Origin: Mizuhopecten yessoensis
Taxonomy: Eukaryota
Length of the DNA: 64,000 bases
NCBI RefSeq assembly: GCF_002113885.1
Contig: NW_018405139.1
Coordinates: 1,573,797 to 1,637,796 of the forward strand
Direction: 5' to 3'
This document shows, piece by piece, positions 13,958-26,199 of the stretch. The first letter of the stretch is position 1. Every line of letters starts with the position of its first letter. The notes beneath the pieces were generated by a model. That model was given only the letters and a program-made list of their open reading frames with translations, did not search any database and was not told where the DNA came from. The position numbers were made by a program, and so were the translations under genes.

Positions 13958-16900
13958 TAGAAGGACGATATTTACCGTTGGACTTTGTTAGCAAGAAAGA
14001 AAGCTTTTCACTAAGAAATATTTCAATATAAGCACGGTTTTCGACATGTACGAAAGTGTTATGTCGAAAACGTATCTTACGTTAATCAAATAAAGAAACA
14101 GTATCAAATCCTGCGTTCCCAACAAAAGCGATCGGATTATGAAAGGGTTGATATACTGGAAATTTGTTTCTATCAAAAATTGTCAAACTCTCCTCTGAAC
14201 ATCCTCGGAATTCCAGGGGTAACGCTCACTCGCATTCTTTGCATCACTGTCATGGTATAATCAAAGACACGCGTTAACCTATTTTTAAACCCTAGGTTTA
14301 TGCCTGTCCTTTGAATGTTGCAGACGAGCGACATCCAACTTCGAAACCGTCACAATGATGTTAAAAGCTTACATTACATATTACATACTATTAAAAGATA
14401 CATACTGTATATTGAATCTGTTTATTTATTGATTCTGTTTTGACTGCGTTATAATTATTAGTACAAAGCAGATATTCAGTAACAGCTGCAGGCACAGTAT
14501 GAAATAATTACTAATTGTAATAATTAATATCGAGTGTATTAACGCACCCCAACAGTTCCGGGTTTATCACCATACAACAGACACAGAATAAATATTAGGT
14601 TGAGGCTATCAACCAACTTCAAAAAACAAAAGATAAGCCGAGTATTTAATCTTACAATGCAAAATATCTTTTGGAAAAAATAATCATCGTCCCAGACAAA
14701 GAAGGTCTAGCCTCTCATTGCCTTACACGTAACACGCGTTTGACTGAATCTATCAGCACACTACACGAAACAGATGTCAGTTCGATCCTATCATATCACT
14801 ATAAAGAACAAAGGATGAACATCTCACTTGAACCTTGATTGTGTTATTTAGTTTTTGTCTCCATATCAAACTGTGTGATTTTCAATATAGAAGTTGCTGT
14901 AACGAACAAACGGCTTAAATTGTTTGACGTGGTCATCATATTCAAGAACTCGATACGTTAGTTTAGTAAGTAGCAATACAAAAGGGCGCAATCAGAACAA
15001 ACATCTGATCAATATTAGGTCTGCACATACATATATCTACAGCTTCATTAAGCTGATGTAGTTTCTTATGACTCGTTAGACGAAAAGAAAAAAAAGGAAA
15101 AGGTTTGTGTTACTTCGACATGCTCTGTATTTAAATATCTATCTGCTTTTCAGCTGATAGGTTGATGAGAGACAGGCTTACGTAATTCGAGCACATTAAT
15201 TGAACACACTGCTAGATGAAGAATGGGAAAAATTAGTCGACAGAAAATGGAAGGGAGAAAAATGAAACAGAGGAACAAGAAAATTATAAAGACTAATTTT
15301 AATTACATTTCAAAACCTTGGAGCAAACGAAGTCTGTTCGGAAACCTCATTTTTTCCCCACAAACAAAGGATTAGAAAAATGGGAGATAGGAATCATTTA
15401 CTAAAGCGGAGGAAAGAGCAGGAACAAGAACTCTCCTCAAGAGGCATTTTGGGTAGGTTACTCAACGAGGTTATATGGCTCGCTGCTATTATCCGTAAAA
15501 TGTTGTAACGGAAATGTTATAAAATGTGTAAGTCAAGTAAAATCCTTAGTTTATGTTGCAAAGATGTACCAAAACCAACCAATTTACATCGCTTCATCTG
15601 CAACTGAACTGTACATTTGTAGCTTTGAATTATGTGAATAGAAAGCATCGTTTTGATAGTTCAATACTACACATGATATGTTCACGTGTCAAAATATAAT
15701 ATTCTATTCTGTATATCTTTACTGACGTGTTTGCCTTTGATATTAATAATATTTTACTAGTTAGGAAATAAAGGCCTTTACAGTAAGAGGATACAGACTG
15801 TATAAAACCACAGAAGGATGCTACCAACACATCTGTCCACAGAAGTTATTACTAAACTCATTGAATTCTTCCCTAAGAGCATTGGTGGACACTTGAATCC
15901 GTCTGTCTGCTAGTCACAGCTCTCTGCTTTAACCAAACAGTAATTAATAAAAAAAAAACTGTACTTCGGCTTCAAATTACATCGATTAGCATTTTTGCAC
16001 GCTTACTGATGTGCATATTTTTTCAATCAAAATATGTTATTAGCTTTCCACATGATGCTCGATACGCAGGTGGATAATCAGTGCATTTAATGAAGTTCAT
16101 ATAACTGAAAGCTGGTTTGCCTAACAGCATTATTAAATGCGAAACTATAGGTTACGTTATAAGATGACGCATAACAAGTTATTGAACTTTGCATGCGCAT
16201 ATCTAAGTAAGGTCACACCAAGGGAAATAACTTTTTTTTTAAAATGCGTAGCAAAGATTTGATATCGTTGATTAGAAATCTGAAAACGGTTGTGTTTTTG
16301 TGAAACAAATAATTTTATGACATGTTTCTGCTCATTTTCTATGAACAAATAAAAGTTGCAAGAGTCAATAGATTATTTTGATAGTGGTCAGATAGAGCAA
16401 CATATCAAGTTGAGATATTTTGTCAGCATAAACAGGCCTGTTGTTGTTTAACACTGCTGCATTTACTTTTTTATATTTTAAAATACACCACGAACTTTGC
16501 TGAACTGCATGTGCATTAAATGAAGTATCCGCTGCCGCATCTCAAAAGCGAGGAAGTTTTTGATTTCCGTCCCCTTACCATGACAAACCAAAGTTCTTAA
16601 CATTGTTACTTGCTGCGCTCTGCTTGACGTTGAGCTAAAAAATGGTTAGCGGGAAATGTATCCGTTGCTTGTATAATGTGAACTGGTAGAGTGCTCTGCT
16701 GCTTTTGGCTTGGCATTGCAGTGAAATCGTGTGTGTAGCACTTTAAAGTTTGCATCATATCCGTGCTATCGCAAGGAGGCAAATACACCAACAAACCGCC
16801 TTCAGCACACACGAATACATTACACGCACTATGTTATTGCCGCCAAAGTTATTAGATTGTTATGACGATTCTTACAATGGTTATATGTATTTAGAGGAAA

Positions 16901-17039
16901 AGTCGAGACAATGTGGTTATTTCATTTCACATTAATTTGTTTGGATTATTATATATGTATTGCCATTGATAAAAAATTACAATCAATTCATTATCATCAA
17001 GAACTCAAAATGCATTACCCTTGGGATCTTGAAATTCAT

Positions 17040-17200
17040 TATCCTCCTGTAGAATTTGAAATTCATTATCATTGATTACTTAAAATGAAGGACGCCACAA
17101 ATTCGTTTTCGTCAATTTCATGTCTTGACATTTTCTTGGAGAATGACAATAATATCCGCCTCACCACCAAATTCAATGACAAACAATTTTCACGTTGAAA
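17040..17200 (+). mobile_element. Penelope-like element RT remnant
   Basis: Degenerate YPPxLEI..KDATNS..S.SCLDIFLENDNNIRLTTK..DK, typical of the Penelope RT C-terminus. Confidence 0.55.
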
Positions 17201-18469
17201 ACTTTTTCTCGGCAGATCAGTAATATTCGCCAAATGCATCCTACTATAAATTGTAGAATAATTTGTTTTTGTCCTTTTGTTTTCTTTTAGTTCATATCAT
17301 TGTTTGGTTCTATCAACTTTGAGCTCCCAAATGATTCTCTTGTTCTATGTACATTATCTATTTAATTGTCTACGTCTAGACCTACTGCGGGGATACATGT
17401 ACGTTACCGTTACACTAAGTCTACTTGTCTTGACCTGGCAGTCAAACTACTCTGATAAACATTATACATTGTGTGGTGATGATTATGTGTCTCATAAAAT
17501 ACTTGTGATGGATGTCACTAATATACCTTACTGATCATTAATGGCCAGGTGTTTTGGAAGTATTAGGGTTTAGTTAGTGTTCACAACCTATCTCCAGTTA
17601 CATCTACACACCAGCTACATACGGTAAGTAAAAGTAGTGTCTTTAATGTTTTACATGATTCATTGTGATAGAATACAAGATATTGTATTTAAATGGTCTA
17701 CTGCTTATAAAAATCATAATTCCTATTTATGCTTTCTTTTTCTTCCTTTCTTTTTTTAACGATTCGTTATTTGTATTTCCATTGTGGTCTTTTGCCATTT
17801 TATCATTTATTTCTATGCTTATTTAACTATTCATTTGCGATTTAAACTGCGAGGGTAAATTAGGTGCCACAGTTCGTTGTTTTTGATAATATATATTTTA
17901 CAATCTTCCGCTGATTGACGTCAGCTTGCAAATGTTTGTCATAGTTTTGATGAGAAACGATTAATGCACTTACATTATAACATTTTAACTCTCACATAAA
18001 ATAACACATTCATTTTTTCCTAAAATAATTTTACGCGTGTAGTGTCATGTTCACTATCTTTTGTGTGTATTTTTTAAATCAGTTTTAAGATGATAATTTT
18101 CAAGATTTAAGCTAACTGATTAAAAATATAAGTTTATTTATGTATCCAGTATTAATTAGAAAACAGATATATATTTTATAAACGTTTCCGTTTCTATGAG
18201 ATCTTAATTTAAAAAATGTATTAAAATACTGCAACATAAGTACAAATTATGTACTGACATAGAAATCAATTATTTAAGCGATGTATCGAGTTATATATTA
18301 TTGTCTATCTTTTATTTGAAATATTTGCTTACTAAGAGTTAGTTTACTCAATCAATGGTATAACTGAGAGTTTTTAACTAATACTGACTGCGATAGTTTT
18401 AATAATTACATTATAATTCTATGCGAATCCTTTCCATTTGTTCGAACCGTTTGTAGGCAAAAAGATATC

Positions 18470-21400
18470 ATGGCGGCCATAATATTGAGACCATTTTGCA
18501 TTTTGTTTGCAATATCCTGTGGAGGTGCTACAGCTGAATTATCCCCATCACAGTAAGTGTATAATATACTTATATCTTCACGTATTAACCAGACGCACCT
18601 GCTGACTTATTTGGTAACAAAATTGAAGAGTTACTTTTGATTATTGTCTTACTATTTCTGGTGTCAATTTAACTTTTATTCCTATGTTTCAGGCGATATC
18701 AGCTAGAAGCCATGCTACAGAAAGACAATTCGAAGCCTCCTTTTTATCACACAGGTAAACGTTACCTTTCTGAAACTCATCAGAAGCCATCCTCAAAGGG
18801 TTACGCCTTCTTAGATTCTCTGCATCTGGAATATGTCTTGGCGAAATCTAATTATCTTTAGTCGAAACCTTGTGGATGTTTTAAGCAGATTGTTTTTATC
18901 CTTTGGTGTACATAAAAAACTGGAATTTCGAGGATGTTCGGACGCATGAAGTAATTATCGCCACCTCGGTAACAGAAACACTTGCGTTTTAGCATAGCTT
19001 CATCGGGAGAATTTTGCACAAATTTTACACATGTGCTGAGAACAAAAATAGACTACATGAAACGCTAGCTTTTGTTGTATAGACACATATTTGGGAATGG
19101 TCGAAAATGTACTCTCAAAACAAAATGCAGCATTTTTTCTTGAAAAATGATGAAACCCATATACATAATTAGTCCACATCATCATGTACATGCCAACTGT
19201 AGTGCTGATTCTGTTTTCAAATTTAGATACATGTTATTTTACAGGGGTTATTAATTGTACAAAAATATCCCCCATGACCATCGTATGCTACTCTATACTA
19301 TATAGCTACTACCTTTACCTAAACTAGTGTTTATGTAAATCGTGTCAGAATGCATTTCAGCTACTACAAGGCTACAACTAACAAATAACTGATAGTAGCA
19401 GAGTTCCGTCGTTCGTACACTCGTTGGAAAGATATTTTTCTGTTTATCCTGATGCATAATGAAGTAACATTGATACATAACACATCAATGGAGGCACGGT
19501 AGTCTAGTGGCAGGACGCCGGGCTTGTGACCGAAGGGATGCGGGTTCGAGTAACGGCACGCCACTGCGTTGTACCATTGAGCAAGATACTTTACTCTGCT
19601 TGTTCCAGTCTACTCAGCTGTAAACCAGTACGTGGTTGGGCAGTTCTAGAATTTTGAATGCTAGCTGTTAGCGCCGAAATGGCAGCTCCGGCTGTATGCT
19701 CCCCAGGTAGTTGAGAAAGATATTGGCTGGTTACAAAGGCCCTATCACCACAGATAATAATTTATGAACCGCTTTGAGACGACCTACGATTTAGGTTGTG
19801 ATAAAGCGGTAATAAGAACCACGCATTATTATTATTATTATTATTAATGGACGAGGGAAGGAGTGGGGTAGGTGTAGGGGTATATTTGTCCTACTCCCGT
19901 TCCTTTGCTAATGCCTTATTGTTTTCTATTTAAGGTTACCAAACAAAGATCACCATCACTGCACATATGACCCAAATGAGGTTGATTGATACGGTATGTT
20001 TTTAAGAAAATATTTTTTAATAAAGTAAGAACTTAATCAGATAACATACCTTTAAGATATTGTATTGATTCGCTCTACATCTGGCCAAATAATTTGACCG
20101 AAAACCAATACACGTATATATCGTTTCATTTTCTCTTTTACATATATGGTTAAACTCATGCAGTAGAAAATTTCAGTTAATCACAAGAGCAGATCCATTA
20201 ACCTTTCACCACATTTGTTAATATCATAGGTAATCAAAGCTGAAAAATAAACATTTATAAACATCAACTCCATATTAATTGTGTATATTTGTGGACAAAA
20301 TATAATTATACAAGCAAGACAATTGAAATGATTGGCTAATAATATTTGGCTTCAGGTCCATTGAGTGGCATTGAGTGTAAAATGATTCTTTCACCCGTTT
20401 TCATATATTTCGACTTTCTGATATTTATGAAATACGTATGATTAATTTGTTATAGCTTATGTAACAAATTCGAAATGTTGTCCTTTTCATTTATTTTGAA
20501 CGAAGAAGGCAATGATTTGAAACGTTTTCTTCTCTTTTTTAGTCGGAAAGCGATTTCACATTTTATTACTACCAAATTTGGAACGATCCTAGACTCAAAT
20601 TTCCCTTCGGAAACAACTCGGACATCGACAGGAATACTTACCACGTGGTCCGACGTAAATACTTCGGAAACATATGGCTGGCAGAGAGCTACATCGAAAA
20701 TGAGTTACGCTCACATATCCACGATTCGTCAATGTCCAATCGTTTTGTATGGCTTCTTTCGAACGGAACTGTCGTATACAGCATGAGGTATGTTTTGAAT
20801 GGGTTTTTTCATAGAAATAAATATATGACGATATTTTACATTTATCTTGGCTATTATTTTTACTTTTACTACGTCGTACAAACTATTCTAGTAAATGAAT
20901 GATTCAATTGGCACATGAGGTATATTTTGATGTTTGTGTTTATTGTTTTTTTATAGTTTATTGGTTCTTTTTTCATAGATTCTATTATAAATTATCATGA
21001 CAAGTAATAAGAGAAATACTTTTTATGTAGAGGCATTTTATTTTATATTTCAATATTTGTGTGCATTTTGGTTTAGCGTTTTGTTTCTTTGATAATAGAT
21101 CCTATTAAAATTTCCATGGAAAGTAAATCTCAACGTTCTATATATAGAGGCATTGGATTTGGTACGAATTCAAGTTTACTTTATAAAACTATTTAAAAAA
21201 AGTAATGAAAGTTATTTTTTTATAAATTCAAAGTTTTGATTAAGGACGGTTGTTTCAAACTTTCCAATTGTTTTAGAATGACTGTGGGGCTATCGTGTGA
21301 TCTGAGAGGCGTTCTATTCCCCAACGGTCTATATGATTGTTTGATGAAGTTCCGGATCCGTGAGTAATGATTTTAATGTTATTAAGAAGAAGTATTTGGG

Positions 21401-24213
21401 GATGTCTTTCCTGGAATGTCCAACAGGACGACAATTGAACTTTGTTGGGGATTTCATAATATGTTTAATTCAGAAAATTCATTGGAGTATCAATTTAAGC
21501 AGAATATTTATATATATACTGAAAATCAGTTTATATAGAATATCAATACAATTGGAAGATAAAATTGATATAGGCTATCAGTATAATTGCTTTTGAATAT
21601 CCTTTTAAGTAAATCCTTGGTCAGATAACAAGGGTTCGTTACAAATGTCTAATACTATGTTTAGGTGTAGTGTTACCTATATAAGTATATAATATGTGTA
21701 TTAGACATCTGTAACGAACTCTTGTGATCAGATAATGGAAAAATACTCTTAAGGTGAAGGATTTCGAACATGATTAATTGCATTTTTCAATAGATAAAGG
21801 CGTTTCTGTGTTCTGACAAAATGTGTAATACATGCATGAATGCTAAATTTATTGCTAGTATGCCAGGTCATACATACATTATTTCATATTTCATTTGAGA
21901 TTCGTACACAACGGACCAGGTATCAATGGAGTGGGATTCCGTCAACAAACCGCAGATAAATGTAGATTTTGACAACTCAGAAGTGGCGGTTCATGCATGG
22001 CAGTTCTCTAAGTGCTCCTCAGATACAAGTGCAGGTACGTTGTACTGTACCAAATGTTAGGTAGTGTAAGTTGTTCTTGGTTGTATTAATTTGTTCCATT
22101 TAAACAAGACTGGACCACTTGTCTCATACTATTTTCACAGAAACAAAATGTGTAAAATGAAATTTCAGAGAAAAAAACTGAGAAAAAAAGACAAAACTAT
22201 GCAAGCACGGATGTAAAACAAAATGGAGCACCTGAAGTAATTATTAATTAAGCATAAAGATAGGAATTATAAGACATCTGTATCAGACATTATATACGCT
22301 TACAGTTTTACATACCAGTATACAATGCATCTCAATCATTAACTTGAAGGAAGATTAATTTAAAATCCTGAAGCATATAGAAGTTCAATACATATTTTCA
22401 CAAGCGAACACTTAAAATTACAATACATATTTCCATAATACACGTATGGCTTGAAATGTGCCAAATGAAAATTGCTGAAATAAAACTGACTGGCTAAAAC
22501 GAAAGTGCATTTTTGTTGATAGAGTGATGGTGAGTTGATAATATATGCAAATCTTGGTTCATTTATGGTAATGGATGAATTTGGGTACTCTATTGTGTCG
22601 GATGCCAACCTCAAAAATGTTTAATACACTAAAGGACAAACAAACAACATCAAATTTACATAAAATATATTCCTAGTTAGACATATGCTGTGCACCCTTA
22701 CCTAAGGCCTGGTTTTATTTGTATTTCAGTTGTTGATAGCTCCTGCTTACAGCTGTTGGTAAACATTCACTTCAGCTTTGCCAGTAACGCTGCACGATTG
22801 TTTTTGCCGAGTATTTTTATCGTCCTTGTGGGATGGCTGAGTTTTTGGATAGAGCGGTCGGAGGTATCCTCAAGGGTAAAGCTCGGAACGTTGTGTCTGT
22901 TAGCCATGATCACCGAACAAGTGGGGACAAAGTTGTTACTGCCAGTCGAATTCAATATATCATCGGTAGAGGTGTGGTTTGTGATGTCTCTAACTTTCGT
23001 TGTGGTGGCCATGTTTGAATATACGTTTGTACATGCTGTAGATATCTTCCAAGAAAAGGTAAAACGACAAGAGGAAATGAAAAAGAAAATCCGTACACAG
23101 ACAGGTGGAATCGGGGATACCCAGGACATCAAGCAGAGAAGCAATGTAGATCTTATCGACATGAACACACTCTCATCGGTAAGCAAATTTGAATGAAAAA
23201 ATATATACTTACAACAATTATGAAACAAGTTATTTTCAACTTATATTGGTTAAAGGTTTTTTTATGTGGGAGAAACTGGAGTCCCTGGAGTAGACCCACT
23301 TGATCGGACAGGTGACCCAATACCTTTTCACGTCTGATCGGGGAATAGAACCCCGGTCGTTTTAAACAGTTGATTATCCTTTACGTCTTAGCTACCAAAG
23401 TTCCGATCTGATTTGTTCAGTAGTAATAATTAATTTTCGACTTAAATAACGATTTTGCAATTTTTTGATATATTATTTCATGTTTTTGTGGGTAAAAATT
23501 GTTTTCGAAATTACTTTTGATCTAATAGTGACAATTTTCGTTGGGGATTTAATTTCGCGCCATCTTTGGTGACCGCGAATATATCGAAATTAAATCCCCA
23601 CGAAAATTGCCAACTATACCGTACATGTCTGTAGAAGACAAAAAGTTATTCCAAAAACAATTTCAAATATATTATAATACACTTATATACCTTTGAGATT
23701 ATATTTTTGCGTGTTTTAATCTTTATTATTTTCTTGGTCAAAACGGTGTTTTTTTTCGAAAAACAAGTCCAGAAAAAATATTAATCGTATCATAGAATGA
23801 CTTCAAGTTAAAGATCTGGTCATAACAATGGAAAACAATCCTATGTATTCAGATTTGTGTGAATTCACAAAATATTGAACCGACGAAAAAGAAAAGCTGT
23901 ACAGTAATTTGGGATTAAAATCATACTCCACTCACCGTCAATATTGCCAATGAAAAGTAAGATATTTTCTATTTCACAATTTCGTCACATATCTAAAATG
24001 ACTGTTATTTAATTGTAGGATGGTTCTGCAAGTGGAGAAACAACCGGAAATAGAAATGATGACCTGATGAACACCTTCGGTGCCAAATATATCATGATGG
24101 TGCCGACAGGTGTCGTTGAGAAGTACTTCCGGATCCTGTACCCGGTTGCCTATCTCTTCTTCCAGTTCCTGTTTTGGACAATCTACCTTAATTACGAAGA
24201 AGTATATGAATAA
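18470..24213 (+). CDS. Cys-loop ligand-gated ion channel subunit, GlyR/GluCl-like orphan, paralogue B (~436 aa). Exons 18470-18552, 18693-18754, 19935-19993, 20543-20787, 21277-21359, 21900-22034, 22730-23178, 24019-24213
   Basis: First seven coding exons match paralogue A in size (83/62/59/245/83/135/449) and phase. Signal peptide MAAIILRPFCILFAISCGGATA. Cys-loop CDLRGVLFPNGLYDC. M2 SSRVKLGTLCLLAMITEQ. Stop TAA 24211-24213. Confidence 0.92.
19490..19846 (+). mobile_element. Full-length tRNA-derived CORE-type SINE with (ATT)n tail
   Basis: A box TAGTCTAGTGG, B box GGTTCGAGT, CORE-like TTGAGCAAGATACTTTAC...CAGCTGTAAA, L2-like 3' end CGCTTTGAG...AAAGCG, (TTA)n tail. Confidence 0.8.
23265..23360 (-). 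mobile_element. V-SINE fragment
   Basis: Plus strand GTGGGAGAAACTGGAGTCCCTGGAGTAGACCCAC is the reverse complement of the V-domain motif. B-box complement GGGAATAGAACCC. Confidence 0.6.
23533..23623. mobile_element. Short inverted-repeat MITE fragment
   Basis: AATTTTCGTTGGGGATTTAATTTCG ... CGAAATTAAATCCCCACGAAAATT, ending TATACCGTA. Confidence 0.6.
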
Positions 24214-24783
24214 AATCGAACTCTAAAGTGTAACAGATAGGTATTACCGAAGACCTGGAAACCGTTGTGGGAAAACAGTGTTAAAGTTGATTTATAAATA
24301 AAACTACACGCGTGTCTTGGAAAACTTATCAAAATGTCCATGACGTAGCAGTCAATACCTGCTCACAAAAGAAGAGAACTCTGCAATACGCAAGGACGGA
24401 ATATCGTATAACCTAAAGAAAATGAGGCAGATTGAGAAAGTGATGACGTCGTTAACCGCTATGTTTGGCGCTGTATTCGTCAATCTAAAACTTCTTGTAT
24501 GATTGCAGTTGCTCGACGACGAAATTTCAGTGTAGTATTGTGTTTTGGGAAAAACACTCTTGTTTTATCAAAATTGAATAAATGATCATGACCTATCAAC
24601 TTAAAGGTGTTGTCTATATTTTTGAATTGAATTGTAAGGAATAACCATGATAATATTTGACGAGTCACACAGTATATAAACATAACAAAACATTAACAAA
24701 GAATTATGTGTGCATTTTAGCACATATACCTCTTCTTCGGTGTTTTCGGTATATGACGTATATCCCCACATAAAGAAGTACTG

Positions 24784-24819
<36 letters not shown>

Positions 24820-24820
<1 letters not shown>

Positions 24821-25040
24821 AACTGATGAGACCAGGATTGCGATCTTAAAACCGGTCCATAGTCTTCACCAACCTGCGTCTTTGGAAACTTTGTGAACGT
24901 AAGTTTGTCTGTCTGCAGTCGACATGTATCACAGAAGTCATGATATTTGGAGCAAGTTTTAGAATACATAATCAACTGTGACATGTAATCACCATAGGTT
25001 GGGAAGCATTTTGGAGAGAGAAAAAAATGCATTATTCAAA
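24820..25040 (-). mobile_element. Penelope-like element RT remnant
   Basis: Translation FFLSPKCFPTYGDYMSQLIMYSKTCSKYHDF resembles the Penelope motif PFLSSNIP..AYGVY.SQLIRYARACS.Y.DF. Confidence 0.6.
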
Positions 25041-25669
25041 TGTTGAAGAGAGTAATTGGTCCAATAATTATAAATATCATATAGCAATAATGTTACTCTG
25101 TAATGTTAAAAATATTTACGCACACATGAAATAATTTATGCATATCACTATGATAAAAGTATTGAAATCCATTTTGAATTTGGATATATCATTTGTTATT
25201 GACAATCCATTAACTTCACTATATGATTTTGAGAAAATTACATTATGATGTTCCTTCGGAATGAAATTTATCTGTTTGTGATATATGATAAATGTGTAGT
25301 TTGTTTCGAACACAAACTGTAATTAAAACTTGTTTTGCAAGCTTTCGAAAACGTCTTTGTCGAGCAAAGAATCCCAATGACCGATGTCTCAGGACCAAAC
25401 TACTGAGAACAATTCACTAAGCTACCATGTGTCGAGTTAGTAAAGTCAGCTGTCAGAATACATCGAGACATTTCGTTGAAATGTAAACTCATACTGCAGG
25501 TAACAGAGTGGTGGGTAATATGTTTGCCCATTTCGCCCCTTAATATATGTTAAAATAGGTCATAAATGCGACTCAGCTGGTGTTCCCCCTCGTCTCTGTT
25601 TATCGATTCACCTTCATTTTTTTTCTTTGAACCTTCAAGTACTTTGGAGTTGTTCCAGAGTCTATGATA

Positions 25670-25862
25670 TGTTGACTGGCTCGCCCGTTGTCAGTATAAT
25701 GTGACCGGATGGGGTGTTCTGCTGGGTGTCTTCGGCAGTATGTTTCGGTGAGGTAGCACTATAAAGTCGGCATCAGTACATCTTGCACACAGGGGAGGCT
25801 GTCCTTAAATGGCCATAGCTGTTGATAGGACGTTAAACAGTACTAAACCAAACCAAACCAAA
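25670..25862 (+). mobile_element. Meta-type SINE, 5' truncated
   Basis: TGTCAGTATAATGTGACCGG...TAGCACTATAAAGTCGGCATCAG...GGACGTTAAAC, then (AAACC)n tail. Same family as 47400-47817. Other fragments at ~9225-9320 (-), ~10040-10160 and ~16600-16800. Confidence 0.8.
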
Positions 25863-26199
25863 CTATAACGTGTGTGTATGTTCTGGTAAGTGTGATGTGA
25901 AGGTCGATGCTTTTGAAAATGCTCATTTATATGTGCTTTGTGGTTTGTTATCAATTCCTCGTTTCTCGCCATGAGGTCGTGACACATTTTAGTTTAGATA
26001 TAGATTACCATAGCGGTTATCGTCGATGAAGATCCTTACCCTTCTGGAACACTTGATCCTGTTCTCCTTACTTTTTCAAGTGGCGATTTTGAGTTCGTTA
26101 TGGTTTTTTTTTTACACTTCAAGTATTCACTCTTTATTATTTATTTACTTATGCATTAATTTATTATCAACTACCGTTGACAAACCAAGAGTTCATGAT

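Noticed and set aside
18762-18790. Hammerhead ribozyme core on the minus strand (CTGATGAG...GAAA); also CTGATGAG at ~24823
   Set aside because: No G-C closing pair for stem II, and no convincing stems I/III or cleavage triplet.
19490-19562. tRNA gene (also 11362-11450)
   Set aside because: The tRNA-like head continues into a SINE body and tail, and the cloverleaf stems are imperfect.
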